The notes under the pieces are model-generated. The model made no database searches. It was given only the letters and a program-made list of their open reading frames with translations, and was not told the DNA's origin. A DNA stretch of 64,000 nucleotides from Woeseiaceae bacterium (lineage in GTDB: Bacteria; Pseudomonadota; Gammaproteobacteria; Steroidobacterales; Woeseiaceae). The translations under genes were made by a program, and so were the position numbers. Below, piece by piece: positions 42,700 to 51,716 of this stretch; position 1 is the first letter of the stretch, and each line of letters opens with the position of its first letter. Location of the stretch: positions 3,963,911-4,027,910 of the forward strand of contig OZ246981.1 of the NCBI GenBank assembly GCA_965232455.1, given 5' to 3'.

Positions 42700-45600
42700 C
42701 TATTTCACAGCACCCAGATGGCGGTCGAGCCAGCTCTCGATCTCCTCGATCAGCTCGCGCCGGTCGGATGGTATGTGCCCACCGGCTAGACGGGCGTGAC
42801 GCTTGTCGTTCGGCGACGTTCCGAGCAGCTCGAACAACGTTCTCTGCGCCGTAGCGAACGGCATGATGAAGTCGTCGACGCCGTTGATCATCAGGGTCGG
42901 AACCATCGAGCGCGGTGCGAACGCAATGAGCGAAGTATCCGGTGGAAAAAAATCGACGCTACCTCCGCCGAGGAGGACACTGGCGGCGAACCGGTCTTCG
43001 ATCGCGGTGAAGATCGGGCCGTATACGGCCCCCGCGCTGAAACCATAGTAGGCGATTCGGCTGGAGTCGATGTCGTCGCGCTGCTCGAGGTAATCCAGCG
43101 TCCGTGCCAGGTCCTTCGACCATACCGCAAGCATGTCGCGCATCTGGTTGGGTCCAGCCGGAATTTCGGTCTGCATGGATCGCTGGTACGTACCCTTGTA
43201 GACGGGATACACCAGCGCTCTTCCTCCGCCCGGTATGAAGTCGAACAGGTAGGGCGAAGCCAGCACGCCATCGGCGTCGAAAAGGAACGCATCGTTCCCG
43301 GGATACCAGACCACGGCCTGGTAAGGAGGCTCGGCAGCCGGCGGCAGGAACAGGTGCGCCATGACCCGCTCACCGCCGTAGGCCGCGTCGAAGGACACGA
43401 ACTCGTAGCGCCACTTGCTTTCCTGCCGACGCTCTTCGACCCGTGCGTCGAGCGGCCCCTTGTCGTACTCGAAAATCCTGCTGTAAGCCTCGTACAGCTC
43501 ATCGCTGACCGTCGCCAGCGCGTACTGCTGCTCGTCGAATTCCAGCACCTGGGTCAGCTCAGCGTCGAGCGGCGCCGGGTAGCGCGCGCAGCGCAGTCCG
43601 TTCGTCGCGGCCCGCACCCACGGATCGTTGCTGTCCGTATCGACGTTGAACGAGTGGGTAGGATCCGACCAGGCGCCTCCGAGAACGTACCGTCCAGTCG
43701 GACTGGCGTTGAAAACCCACTCGCGCACATTACCGGCCAGGTCATACGTGCCGAAGTCGCTCAAGGCCCGGCGATTGCCGACCGGCGCCGGTGCCTCCCC
43801 GAAATTGCTGACACCAACGATGTCGGAAAGCTGTTCCTGCCGGTTGGCGGCGGACCAGTGAAACAGCGTTGGCAGCTCCTTCTCTCGATACCGGCAATAG
43901 GCGTCGGCCTCGAACCAGCTCACACCGCGCACGGGCATATCCGCGCCGTCTTGATCGTAGCCGCCGTCCTGCCAACCGGCAGGGCCCGGTTTACCGTCGC
44001 GGTCGACGAAACGGGCCATGGCGTCGGCGAACGGCAGTTCGCGCCCGCCGTCGACAAACGCCTGCTGCCAGTAGCGCGGCGTTTCGTAGCCACCATCGGC
44101 GATGAATTCCGCGTACTCCCGGTTGGATACCTCGTACTGGTCCAGCCAGTAATCGTCGAGTACGACCGGCGGAAAAAGCACTCGCTGATAACTGCCACCC
44201 GGGATCCTGGTCATGCCCGGCGGTTGTTCGTCCTCCGGCACCAATGAAAGACCTTTGCCGAACACCGTGAACGACGCGACGCCGAACGGCGCGCCAACGA
44301 ATGTGGCGTAACCCTCTTTCTCGATGCGCCATTCCATCATCGCGTACGGAATACGCTGCCCGATGAGGGGCGTTTCACCGACGTCGATCCACGCCTCTTC
44401 GCTCGCGTACGGTCGAAATCGCACGCGCGCACCGTCCGGCTCGGTGTTAATGACGATGGGCAGCGTAATGCGGTCGAGCCGTTGCCGGATCGGCGGATCG
44501 TCGGGCAGCCGTTCGGCAATCGGATACAGCAGGCTGTAGGCCCTTGCCAGCTCACCGGCTTCCGTCAGTGCGTCAACCTCGTGCAGCGTGTCTCGCTCGA
44601 TCCAGCGAATGGCGTCGTCGTAGAACGCCTGGTAAGCAAGGACTGTAGCGACAACGACGATGCCGAGCAGCGTTGCGATTGCCGCTCGCTTGTCGAGTCG
44701 GACCCCGCCCTTGCCGGCATGCCGCGCCTCGATCTCTCGCAGGGCGGCGGCCAGTTCCGCCGTTGTGCCGAATCGTTTGTCGGGGTCTTTCTCGAGACAG
44801 CGCATGACCAGAATCTCGAGCTCGGCAGGCACCTCCGGCCTGAGTTGCCGTATGGGTTCGGGCATGTCCGAGAGCAGGCTCTCAACGACGGCCGCGGTCG
44901 TCTCGCCGCGAAACGGCCGCTGCCGGGTTAACATCTCGTACAAGGTTGCGCCCAGGGAGAACTGGTCGGCAATCGCATCGACGGGCTCTCCCCGAGCCTG
45001 TTCCGGCGACATGTACGGCGCCGTACCCATCACGGTGCCGAACCGGGTCATGCGACTCAACGCGAATGTGTCGGGATCCTCCGGCGACCCGGCCGCCTCG
45101 CCGGCGTTGTCCAGCGCCGGCATCACCGGGCCCTGCGACCGTTTCGCAAGACCGAAGTCGAGCAGCTTGGCGCCCGACTCGCCGAGCATGACGTTGCCCG
45201 GCTTGATGTCACGATGGACGATCCCGGATTCGTGAGCGCGGTTTAAGCCCTCGGCGAGTTGTCGCGCATAAGTCACGGCAAGCGGCACCGGCAGAGATCC
45301 TTTTGCAAGCGCGGCCGCGAGCGTTTCACCGTCGATGTACTCCATGACGAGGTAACCAACGCCTTGCTCGGTACCGATATCGTGGAGTGTGCATATGTGC
45401 GGGTGATTGAGCCTCGAGATCACCCGGGCTTCGCGCTCGAAGCGCTGGCGCCGGGCGTCGTCATCGGCGAACCGACCCGGCAGAACCTTGATGGCGACGA
45501 CGCGCTCCAGCCTGGAGTCGCGCGCGCGGTAAACCTGGCCCATGCCGCCGGTGCCGATGAGTGACTCGATTTCGTAGGGGCCCAGTCGTGAACCCGGCTC

Positions 45601-45831
45601 GAGAAACGTTTGGCTCGCATCGTCGGGCGAGTCACCCGTTGCCGCGACGAGAAGCGGCTGTTCCAGGAAACCGTCGTCGGCTGCGTAGAAAAGCAACGAC
45701 TCGACTTCATCGCGAAGCTCGCGGTCATCGGCGCAGGTTTTCTCGATGAACGCCGCCCGATCGTCTTCCGGCAGTTCCAGCGCCTCGCTGACGATCGCCT
45801 TGATGCGTTGCCAGTTTTCGTCGCTGTTCAC
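42700..45831 (-). CDS. Ser/Thr protein kinase fused to formylglycine-generating-enzyme (SUMF1) domain and C-terminal alpha/beta hydrolase
   Basis: Kinase VAIKVL...HRDIKPGNVML...DFG. One TM. FGE-type region (WEWV, GGAWSD). C-terminal GFSAGAVYG nucleophile elbow. Confidence 0.7.
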   Translation of the reverse strand: MNSDENWQRIKAIVSEALELPEDDRAAFIEKTCADDRELRDEVESLLFYAADDGFLEQPLLVAATGDSPDDASQTFLEPGSRLGPYEIESLIGTGGMGQVYRARDSRLERVVAIKVLPGRFADDDARRQRFEREARVISRLNHPHICTLHDIGTEQGVGYLVMEYIDGETLAAALAKGSLPVPLAVTYARQLAEGLNRAHESGIVHRDIKPGNVMLGESGAKLLDFGLAKRSQGPVMPALDNAGEAAGSPEDPDTFALSRMTRFGTVMGTAPYMSPEQARGEPVDAIADQFSLGATLYEMLTRQRPFRGETTAAVVESLLSDMPEPIRQLRPEVPAELEILVMRCLEKDPDKRFGTTAELAAALREIEARHAGKGGVRLDKRAAIATLLGIVVVATVLAYQAFYDDAIRWIERDTLHEVDALTEAGELARAYSLLYPIAERLPDDPPIRQRLDRITLPIVINTEPDGARVRFRPYASEEAWIDVGETPLIGQRIPYAMMEWRIEKEGYATFVGAPFGVASFTVFGKGLSLVPEDEQPPGMTRIPGGSYQRVLFPPVVLDDYWLDQYEVSNREYAEFIADGGYETPRYWQQAFVDGGRELPFADAMARFVDRDGKPGPAGWQDGGYDQDGADMPVRGVSWFEADAYCRYREKELPTLFHWSAANRQEQLSDIVGVSNFGEAPAPVGNRRALSDFGTYDLAGNVREWVFNASPTGRYVLGGAWSDPTHSFNVDTDSNDPWVRAATNGLRCARYPAPLDAELTQVLEFDEQQYALATVSDELYEAYSRIFEYDKGPLDARVEERRQESKWRYEFVSFDAAYGGERVMAHLFLPPAAEPPYQAVVWYPGNDAFLFDADGVLASPYLFDFIPGGGRALVYPVYKGTYQRSMQTEIPAGPNQMRDMLAVWSKDLARTLDYLEQRDDIDSSRIAYYGFSAGAVYGPIFTAIEDRFAASVLLGGGSVDFFPPDTSLIAFAPRSMVPTLMINGVDDFIMPFATAQRTLFELLGTSPNDKRHARLAGGHIPSDRRELIEEIESWLDRHLGAVK

Positions 45832-46026
45832 TTGACGGTTCAGACCTCCGTGAGACGCGGCGCCGACCCGCGGATCACCGCCGGCGCCGCCTCGGCAATG
45901 TACTAATTACAACCAAACCCGGCAGACTTGCAACACCGGGACTACGGAGGCCATGAGCGGATGCGGCCTCCCGAGGGTCACGGCGACATTTGCTGCCGCC
46001 TGGCGCATCCGTCATGGCAATTCTCC

Positions 46027-46536
46027 TCAGTCTGCCCTTCGGCTGTAGTAGCCGACTCGGCGCACCTGGTAGGTCCACAGATTGGCCAGGTCCTGCGACA
46101 TACCGAGGATCTCGCTACGGCCGACGACTGCGATGGAGTCGGTGCGAGTCGAGCCCAATCCGGTGACGAACGTCAGCGTGCCCGTGCAGTCCGGGTTGAT
46201 GACCACCGAGCCTTCGTAGGGAACCCCGGGCGCGAAGAACGTATCTTCGACCGTGACGTCGAAGGTCCCGCTTATCGAACCGTCCCGCTTGATGAACATG
46301 GTGCCGAGTGCCGTGATGTCCTTATCCGGCGGAAGATCCGGCAGCATCTGCCGGCCGATGGACGTTGCGAACAACCACCTGCCGGTGACGTTTCGCAACG
46401 AGCAACCGTATCGACCGCCGATGAACCGCTCGGGCCCTGCGTAGGACTCGCCGTTCGTAGCGGATTCGGCGCCGGCGGCGGTGCCGCACAGCGATGCCAT
46501 AGCGCACGCTACCAGTATGTTTTTGAGTGATTTCAT
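46027..46536 (-). CDS. Secreted hypothetical protein
   Basis: GAGGAG RBS before MKSLKNILVACAMASLCGTAAG, a signal peptide. Confidence 0.45.
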   Translation of the reverse strand: MKSLKNILVACAMASLCGTAAGAESATNGESYAGPERFIGGRYGCSLRNVTGRWLFATSIGRQMLPDLPPDKDITALGTMFIKRDGSISGTFDVTVEDTFFAPGVPYEGSVVINPDCTGTLTFVTGLGSTRTDSIAVVGRSEILGMSQDLANLWTYQVRRVGYYSRRAD

Positions 46537-46639
46537 CGTTTTCTCCTCGTTTCGCTGTTTGCCTGGCCCGGCGATTACCGCGCCTTCATTGGTTAAGGCG
46601 CAGACAGCGAAAAAAGGGATCACGGGAATTCCGGAATCG

Positions 46640-47209
46640 TCAGTCCCGACCCGACAACGCGCGACGGAGCCACACCCGGGCGACTGCCCAGTCGCGCTTT
46701 ACCGTGGGAACGGATACACCAAGTACGGCGGCGATCTCGTCGTTCTTCAACCCGCCGAAATAGCGCATTTGCACGACCTGGCACTGGCGCTCGTCGAGCG
46801 CCGCCAGTTTGTTCAGCGCCTCGTCGAGTGCAATCAGATCGACCTCCTCGACACGGCCGTCCGATTGCCGTGATTCGATGAGCGTCACGGCGCTGGCATC
46901 GCCGCCTCGTTTTGCGGCTTTCCGTTTGCGGGCGTGATCGACCAGTACACGATGCATGATCCTGGACGCCATCGCGAAGAAATGCGCACGATTCTTCCAG
47001 GAGATGTTTTCGTAGCTACCGAGCCGGAGGTAGACCTCGTGGACCAGGGCGGTGGGCGCGAGGGTGTGGCCGGCTCGCTCGCCGGCAAGGTGATAACTGG
47101 CGACGCGGCGCAGCTCATCGTAAACGGCCGGCATGAGCTCAACCAGCGCATCGTGATCGCCGGCCTCCCATCGGGCCAGCAATTGTGTCAAAGGGCCGGC
47201 ATCAGCCAT
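46640..47209 (-). CDS. ECF-type RNA polymerase sigma factor
   Basis: Region 2 VHEVYLRL and a region 4 HTH. Sits adjacent to the Ser/Thr kinase gene. Confidence 0.8.
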   Translation of the reverse strand: MADAGPLTQLLARWEAGDHDALVELMPAVYDELRRVASYHLAGERAGHTLAPTALVHEVYLRLGSYENISWKNRAHFFAMASRIMHRVLVDHARKRKAAKRGGDASAVTLIESRQSDGRVEEVDLIALDEALNKLAALDERQCQVVQMRYFGGLKNDEIAAVLGVSVPTVKRDWAVARVWLRRALSGRD

Positions 47210-47496
47210 CGCAAGCGCTCCGATTACCGGCTTTACATCGATCGCCGGGGCACAGTTTCGTCAAAGGGTCTCAATCACGCGCGGTAGAAACCCCGAAAGG
47301 GAATTATCGCAAAAACTCGAGCCAACGTGTCGCAGGCGTCCCGAGCCCCTGGACTGGTTAGTTGCGGGAACCTGCACGAGCTGAACGAGTCCTATCGCGA
47401 GCGCGCCATTGAAAATACGCTTGATCTTTGCTGATTTACCAATGCGCCTACATCATAAGCGACACGAAACGCGAACAACCAACCGTCGAGACATGC

Positions 47497-48948
47497 ATGC
47501 CGCACCGCACATTCCTTCTTCGATTCTCTGCCTCGGCGCTGCTGCTGTCGATGAACACCGTCAACGCCGGCTCCGAATACGTCGAGCCCTCGTTCAGGGT
47601 CCAGACGGCTGTCTTGTCTTTGCAGTTTCCCGAACAGAATGCTTCAAGCCTGGCGTTTGCAGGACGCAACAAGGATGGGAAGCCGATGCTGGGGCTGATT
47701 CGTATCGAGCAAGGCGATCTCCGTTATCGAGAGATCGATTTGCCGGATGGCGCCGTTGCGATCGACGTCGGGCCGGTATCCGCGGAGGCCAGCGCGCTGT
47801 ACGTACTGGCTGCCGGTGCGGTCTACTCGGTCACCACCTACCAAAGCGAACTCGCATTGATCGCCGAGACGACAAGCCTCTACCGCGGTCGCTCGCTCGC
47901 TGAGCTGACCAGCGACCTCGACTTCGCTCGTGACATTGACGGCGATGAAGTTACCGAGTTGCTCGTTCCGGACTTCGATGCTTTGCACGTCGTGGGTGCG
48001 ACGGCTCGCCGCAGCATCGCATTACCCAGTTATCGCCGCGGTTACGATCAAACCGTCACGTATCGCGCGCCGGCGGTAGCGACGGCGCCTGACGTGGCCG
48101 GCGGCAGGTTGTACGCCGTGCGCGGCGACGAGCTGTTGCAGTTCGGGCCAGGATCGAAGACGGCGAGCGCCAGCAAACTCGCCCTGGGCCTTAGCAACGA
48201 GCTGGAGCAGGAGACCTTCTACAACAGTTATGAGGACATCGATCAGACTGACGTAGTTCTGCGCGAAGTGGAACGGTTCACGGACGTCAATGGCGACGGC
48301 GTGCCGGACATTGTAACGCTGGAGACCGTCAGCACCGGCGTGTTCAACAAGACCACGACTTATCGCGTGCATCATGGCAGACTCGAAGCCGATCAACTCG
48401 CCTTCGACAGCGAAGCGGACACCGTACTCTCCAGCCGCGGCTTTCAGCTCAGTGCGCGGATCGCGCCGCTCGATGACACGCGCAAGATGATGGTGACCGC
48501 GAGCGTCCAGCTTGGTGTCGGAACGATTATTGGCGCGCTGTTTTCGCGTGCCGTCACGATGCGGATCAACGTCCATCCACCCGCGAGCGACGGGACCATC
48601 GCGTCGGCACCGAGCACAACCATAAAGGGCCGCGTCAGATTCGATTTCGGCACCGGACAGGTCGAGTTTCCGACCATAGCGTTCGGCGACATCGATGGAG
48701 ACGGTATCAACGACCTGATTCTGAAGGAACGTAAGCGCGTCTTGTATTGGCGGCGCGGAACCGGCGACGGTAGTTTCGAGACCCGCTCCAAAAAACTGGA
48801 AGTTACAGGCCCCGCCGACGGCACGAACGTGGCGCTTGCCGACCTCACCGGCGATGGCCGAGAGGAGCTGGTGGTGCTCTACGGCAGAGCGGACGGGGAG
48901 GCATTGACGGGCCGTGTTGCGGTGATTCGCGACTTTCCGCAGAGCTGA
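47497..48948 (+). CDS. Secreted FG-GAP/VCBS-like repeat protein
   Basis: Signal peptide. Repeats DVNGDGVPDIV, DIDGDGINDLI and DLTGDGREELV. Confidence 0.5.
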   Translation: MPHRTFLLRFSASALLLSMNTVNAGSEYVEPSFRVQTAVLSLQFPEQNASSLAFAGRNKDGKPMLGLIRIEQGDLRYREIDLPDGAVAIDVGPVSAEASALYVLAAGAVYSVTTYQSELALIAETTSLYRGRSLAELTSDLDFARDIDGDEVTELLVPDFDALHVVGATARRSIALPSYRRGYDQTVTYRAPAVATAPDVAGGRLYAVRGDELLQFGPGSKTASASKLALGLSNELEQETFYNSYEDIDQTDVVLREVERFTDVNGDGVPDIVTLETVSTGVFNKTTTYRVHHGRLEADQLAFDSEADTVLSSRGFQLSARIAPLDDTRKMMVTASVQLGVGTIIGALFSRAVTMRINVHPPASDGTIASAPSTTIKGRVRFDFGTGQVEFPTIAFGDIDGDGINDLILKERKRVLYWRRGTGDGSFETRSKKLEVTGPADGTNVALADLTGDGREELVVLYGRADGEALTGRVAVIRDFPQS

Positions 48949-49056
48949 TCCGCGAGCGTCGAGTTCCCCGCACCCCGTGCGCCGTTTACGTCAAGGCATA
49001 GACTTCATTGCCGTTATCGGCCAGCTGCGACTCCAGCCACTCGGCAAGGAGATTAG

Positions 49057-50331
49057 TTACGCGGATTTGGCAAGCGCCTGATCCAGATCAGCGATGATAT
49101 CGTCGATGTGTTCGATGCCGATACACAATCGAATCATGTCCGGGGTGACGCCGGCCGCCGTTAGTTCGTCATCCGAGAGTTGGCGATGTGTCGTAGACGC
49201 CGGGTGTGCTGCGAGTGACTTCACGTCACCAATATTCACCAACCGCACGAACATCTCGAGCGAGTCATAGAACTTCACACCCGCATCGAACCCACCCTTG
49301 ATACCGAACGTGAGCAGTGCCGAGGGTTTGCCATTAGTGTACTTCTGGGCAAGCTCGAAATAGGGAGAGTCGGGAAGGCCGGCGAAGTGTACCCATTCGA
49401 CGCGGGGATGTTCAGAAAGGTATTTCGCAACCGCCAGAGCGTTCTCGCAGTGCCGTTCCATCCGCAACGGCAGCGTCGCAAGACCTTGCAGAATTATGAA
49501 GGCGTTCATCGCACTCATTGCCGAGCCCGTGTTCCGCAATGGGACGGTGCGGGCGCGGCCAATGTATGCGGCGGGCCCGAGTGCCTCTGTATAAACAACG
49601 CCGTGATAGGAGCTTTCGGGCTCCGTCAACATGTGAAACTTCTCCGCGTGATCCGCCCACGGGAAGTTGCCGCTGTCGACGATAACGCCGCCCAGGGAGT
49701 TGCCGTGGCCGGCCATGTACTTCGTCAGCGAGTTAACGACGATGTCGGCGCCCCAGCGAATCGGTTTGATCAACGCCGGGGTCGCAACGGTGTTGTCGAC
49801 AATCAGCGGGACGCCTCGGTCATGCGCCAAGTTGGCCATCGCCTCGATATCGACAATGTTGCCAGCGGGATTGCCAATAGACTCGCAGAAGACGGCTGTC
49901 GTCTTGTCGTCGATCAAACTTCGCATCGCATCGACCGAATCATTCTCGGCGAAACGTACGTCCACACCGAGTTTTGGGAGCATGTGCTTGAACAAGGTGT
50001 ACGTACCGCCGTACAGCAGCGGCACGGTGACGATGTTGTTGCCCTTCTCGGCGATATTCAGAATTGCATAATTGATGGCTGCGCTGCCCGCACTGACACA
50101 CAAACCTGCGATACCGCCCTCGAGTTCCGCGCTCCGCTTTTCCAGTATATCGACGGTGGGATTCATGATCCGCGAATAGATGTTTCCTTCCACTTCGAGG
50201 TTAAACAGTGCGGCGCCGTGGGCTGCATCATCGAATTCGTAGGCGACGGTCTGATAAATCGGTACGGCGACGGCCTTGGTGGTGGGGTCTGCTTTGAATC
50301 CGGCGTGAATAGAGAGTGTCTCGTCTTTCAT
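49057..50331 (-). CDS. metY: O-acetylhomoserine aminocarboxypropyltransferase (O-acetylhomoserine sulfhydrylase)
   Basis: Cys/Met-metabolism PLP enzyme signature, MetY-like throughout. Confidence 0.85.
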   Translation of the reverse strand: MKDETLSIHAGFKADPTTKAVAVPIYQTVAYEFDDAAHGAALFNLEVEGNIYSRIMNPTVDILEKRSAELEGGIAGLCVSAGSAAINYAILNIAEKGNNIVTVPLLYGGTYTLFKHMLPKLGVDVRFAENDSVDAMRSLIDDKTTAVFCESIGNPAGNIVDIEAMANLAHDRGVPLIVDNTVATPALIKPIRWGADIVVNSLTKYMAGHGNSLGGVIVDSGNFPWADHAEKFHMLTEPESSYHGVVYTEALGPAAYIGRARTVPLRNTGSAMSAMNAFIILQGLATLPLRMERHCENALAVAKYLSEHPRVEWVHFAGLPDSPYFELAQKYTNGKPSALLTFGIKGGFDAGVKFYDSLEMFVRLVNIGDVKSLAAHPASTTHRQLSDDELTAAGVTPDMIRLCIGIEHIDDIIADLDQALAKSA

Positions 50332-50340
50332 TGTGAATCC

Positions 50341-51387
50341 TTAGTTTCGACTGAGTGGATTTTCGGGATCTATTCCCGCCATGAACTGTTTTGTGCGATC
50401 GAGATTGGTGAGCTGATAAACCAGGCCAAGCCAGTTGTTGACAATCGATTTAGCCGTATCTCCCCAGGTGTTCATGAGCTCGACGTCAACTTCGTTGTCG
50501 AGGATGTCGATGAGCGCATCAGTATTTGAGTAGGACGATTCTATGCGATTCCACACCTTACTCGGAAAGTAGTTTTCGGGAAATGGCGGCAATGCATCCC
50601 GTGCACCGGACTGATAGCGGCGTATTTCGCGCTTGTATTCTTTGAGCAAACTATTGTAGTCGTACTCGGGATGGCCTTGAAAATAGACGATTCGGATCTG
50701 ATCCGAACTCACCGCCATGTGTACGCCGCCTTCATCGCTTTCGGCCAGAACTCTCAGGCCGGCGTCCTCCAGTTGTTGTCGTGAGATATCGTTGAATCGC
50801 GAATGAGGAACATCGAATTTCGTATTCACGTCGCGCATTAGCGGGTGGTCCGCGTCACACACACGATGGCTGTAGACACCCCACCGTTTCGCCGGTAATG
50901 GCTGCCGATCAATGTCATGAAAGCGTTTCAGCAGGGCGTGGGTTGCCAGACAGGAGCAGAGAATCGACGCAACATTCCCTTGCGCCCAGCTCACCACATC
51001 GAGCAACGGCGTCCAGAACTTTTCCTGATTGAGATGCGGATTGGCGACGTTCGCACCCGTGATAATCAGTGCGTCCAGGCCTTGTATTCGCAGTTCGTCA
51101 AAATCGCTGTAGTAACGCTCGATGTACTCACAGGTTTCATCGCTGCGCTCCAGCGCAGGTAGCGAGAACGGATAAACGTAAAACTGCGCGATACGATTAC
51201 AGCTTCCGACCAAACGGATGAACTGCCGCTCAGTCGCCTGCAACGCCGCATCCGGCATCATGTTGAGAAAACCGATATGCAGTTCACGGATGTCTTGCTT
51301 TTCGGCACGCTCCGGAGACAGAACGTCGTGGCCTTGCCGGCGTAGCTCGGCGAAGGTCGGCAGGTCCGTGTGCGCGATGAGTGTCAC
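50341..51387 (-). CDS. metA: Homoserine O-acyltransferase (MetA family)
   Basis: MetA-type transferase motifs (GFLNMMP...). Tandem with metY. Confidence 0.8.
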   Translation of the reverse strand: MTLIAHTDLPTFAELRRQGHDVLSPERAEKQDIRELHIGFLNMMPDAALQATERQFIRLVGSCNRIAQFYVYPFSLPALERSDETCEYIERYYSDFDELRIQGLDALIITGANVANPHLNQEKFWTPLLDVVSWAQGNVASILCSCLATHALLKRFHDIDRQPLPAKRWGVYSHRVCDADHPLMRDVNTKFDVPHSRFNDISRQQLEDAGLRVLAESDEGGVHMAVSSDQIRIVYFQGHPEYDYNSLLKEYKREIRRYQSGARDALPPFPENYFPSKVWNRIESSYSNTDALIDILDNEVDVELMNTWGDTAKSIVNNWLGLVYQLTNLDRTKQFMAGIDPENPLSRN

Positions 51388-51716
51388 GGTCAGTCAGCGA
51401 TTGGTTGCAACTGCAAGGGTTGTTTGTAAGCGTTTCTGTGGAACACCACTTGGCACACCAGTGTCACTCGGGTATCGGTAGTTTGTCTGAAAGAATCGCC
51501 GAAAGCACTACCAGGCCACTGTTTCGAGCGGATGACTACACACTACCCGGCAGCCGAACTCGCAAAGCTCACTGAGGCAGCGTACAAATTATGCGAAGGG
51601 GACGGTCACAAGCCTGAACTTCTGGTGCTGCGACAAGTAAATGTCAGTTAGGCCTGACGGGGAACTCACGCATCCCGATCCTGTTTCTCGGCTTCAGGGG
51701 ACAGCCTGGCCAAGAA

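Noticed and set aside
42796-44247. 483-aa plus ORF
   Set aside because: Antisense to the kinase-FGE-hydrolase gene.
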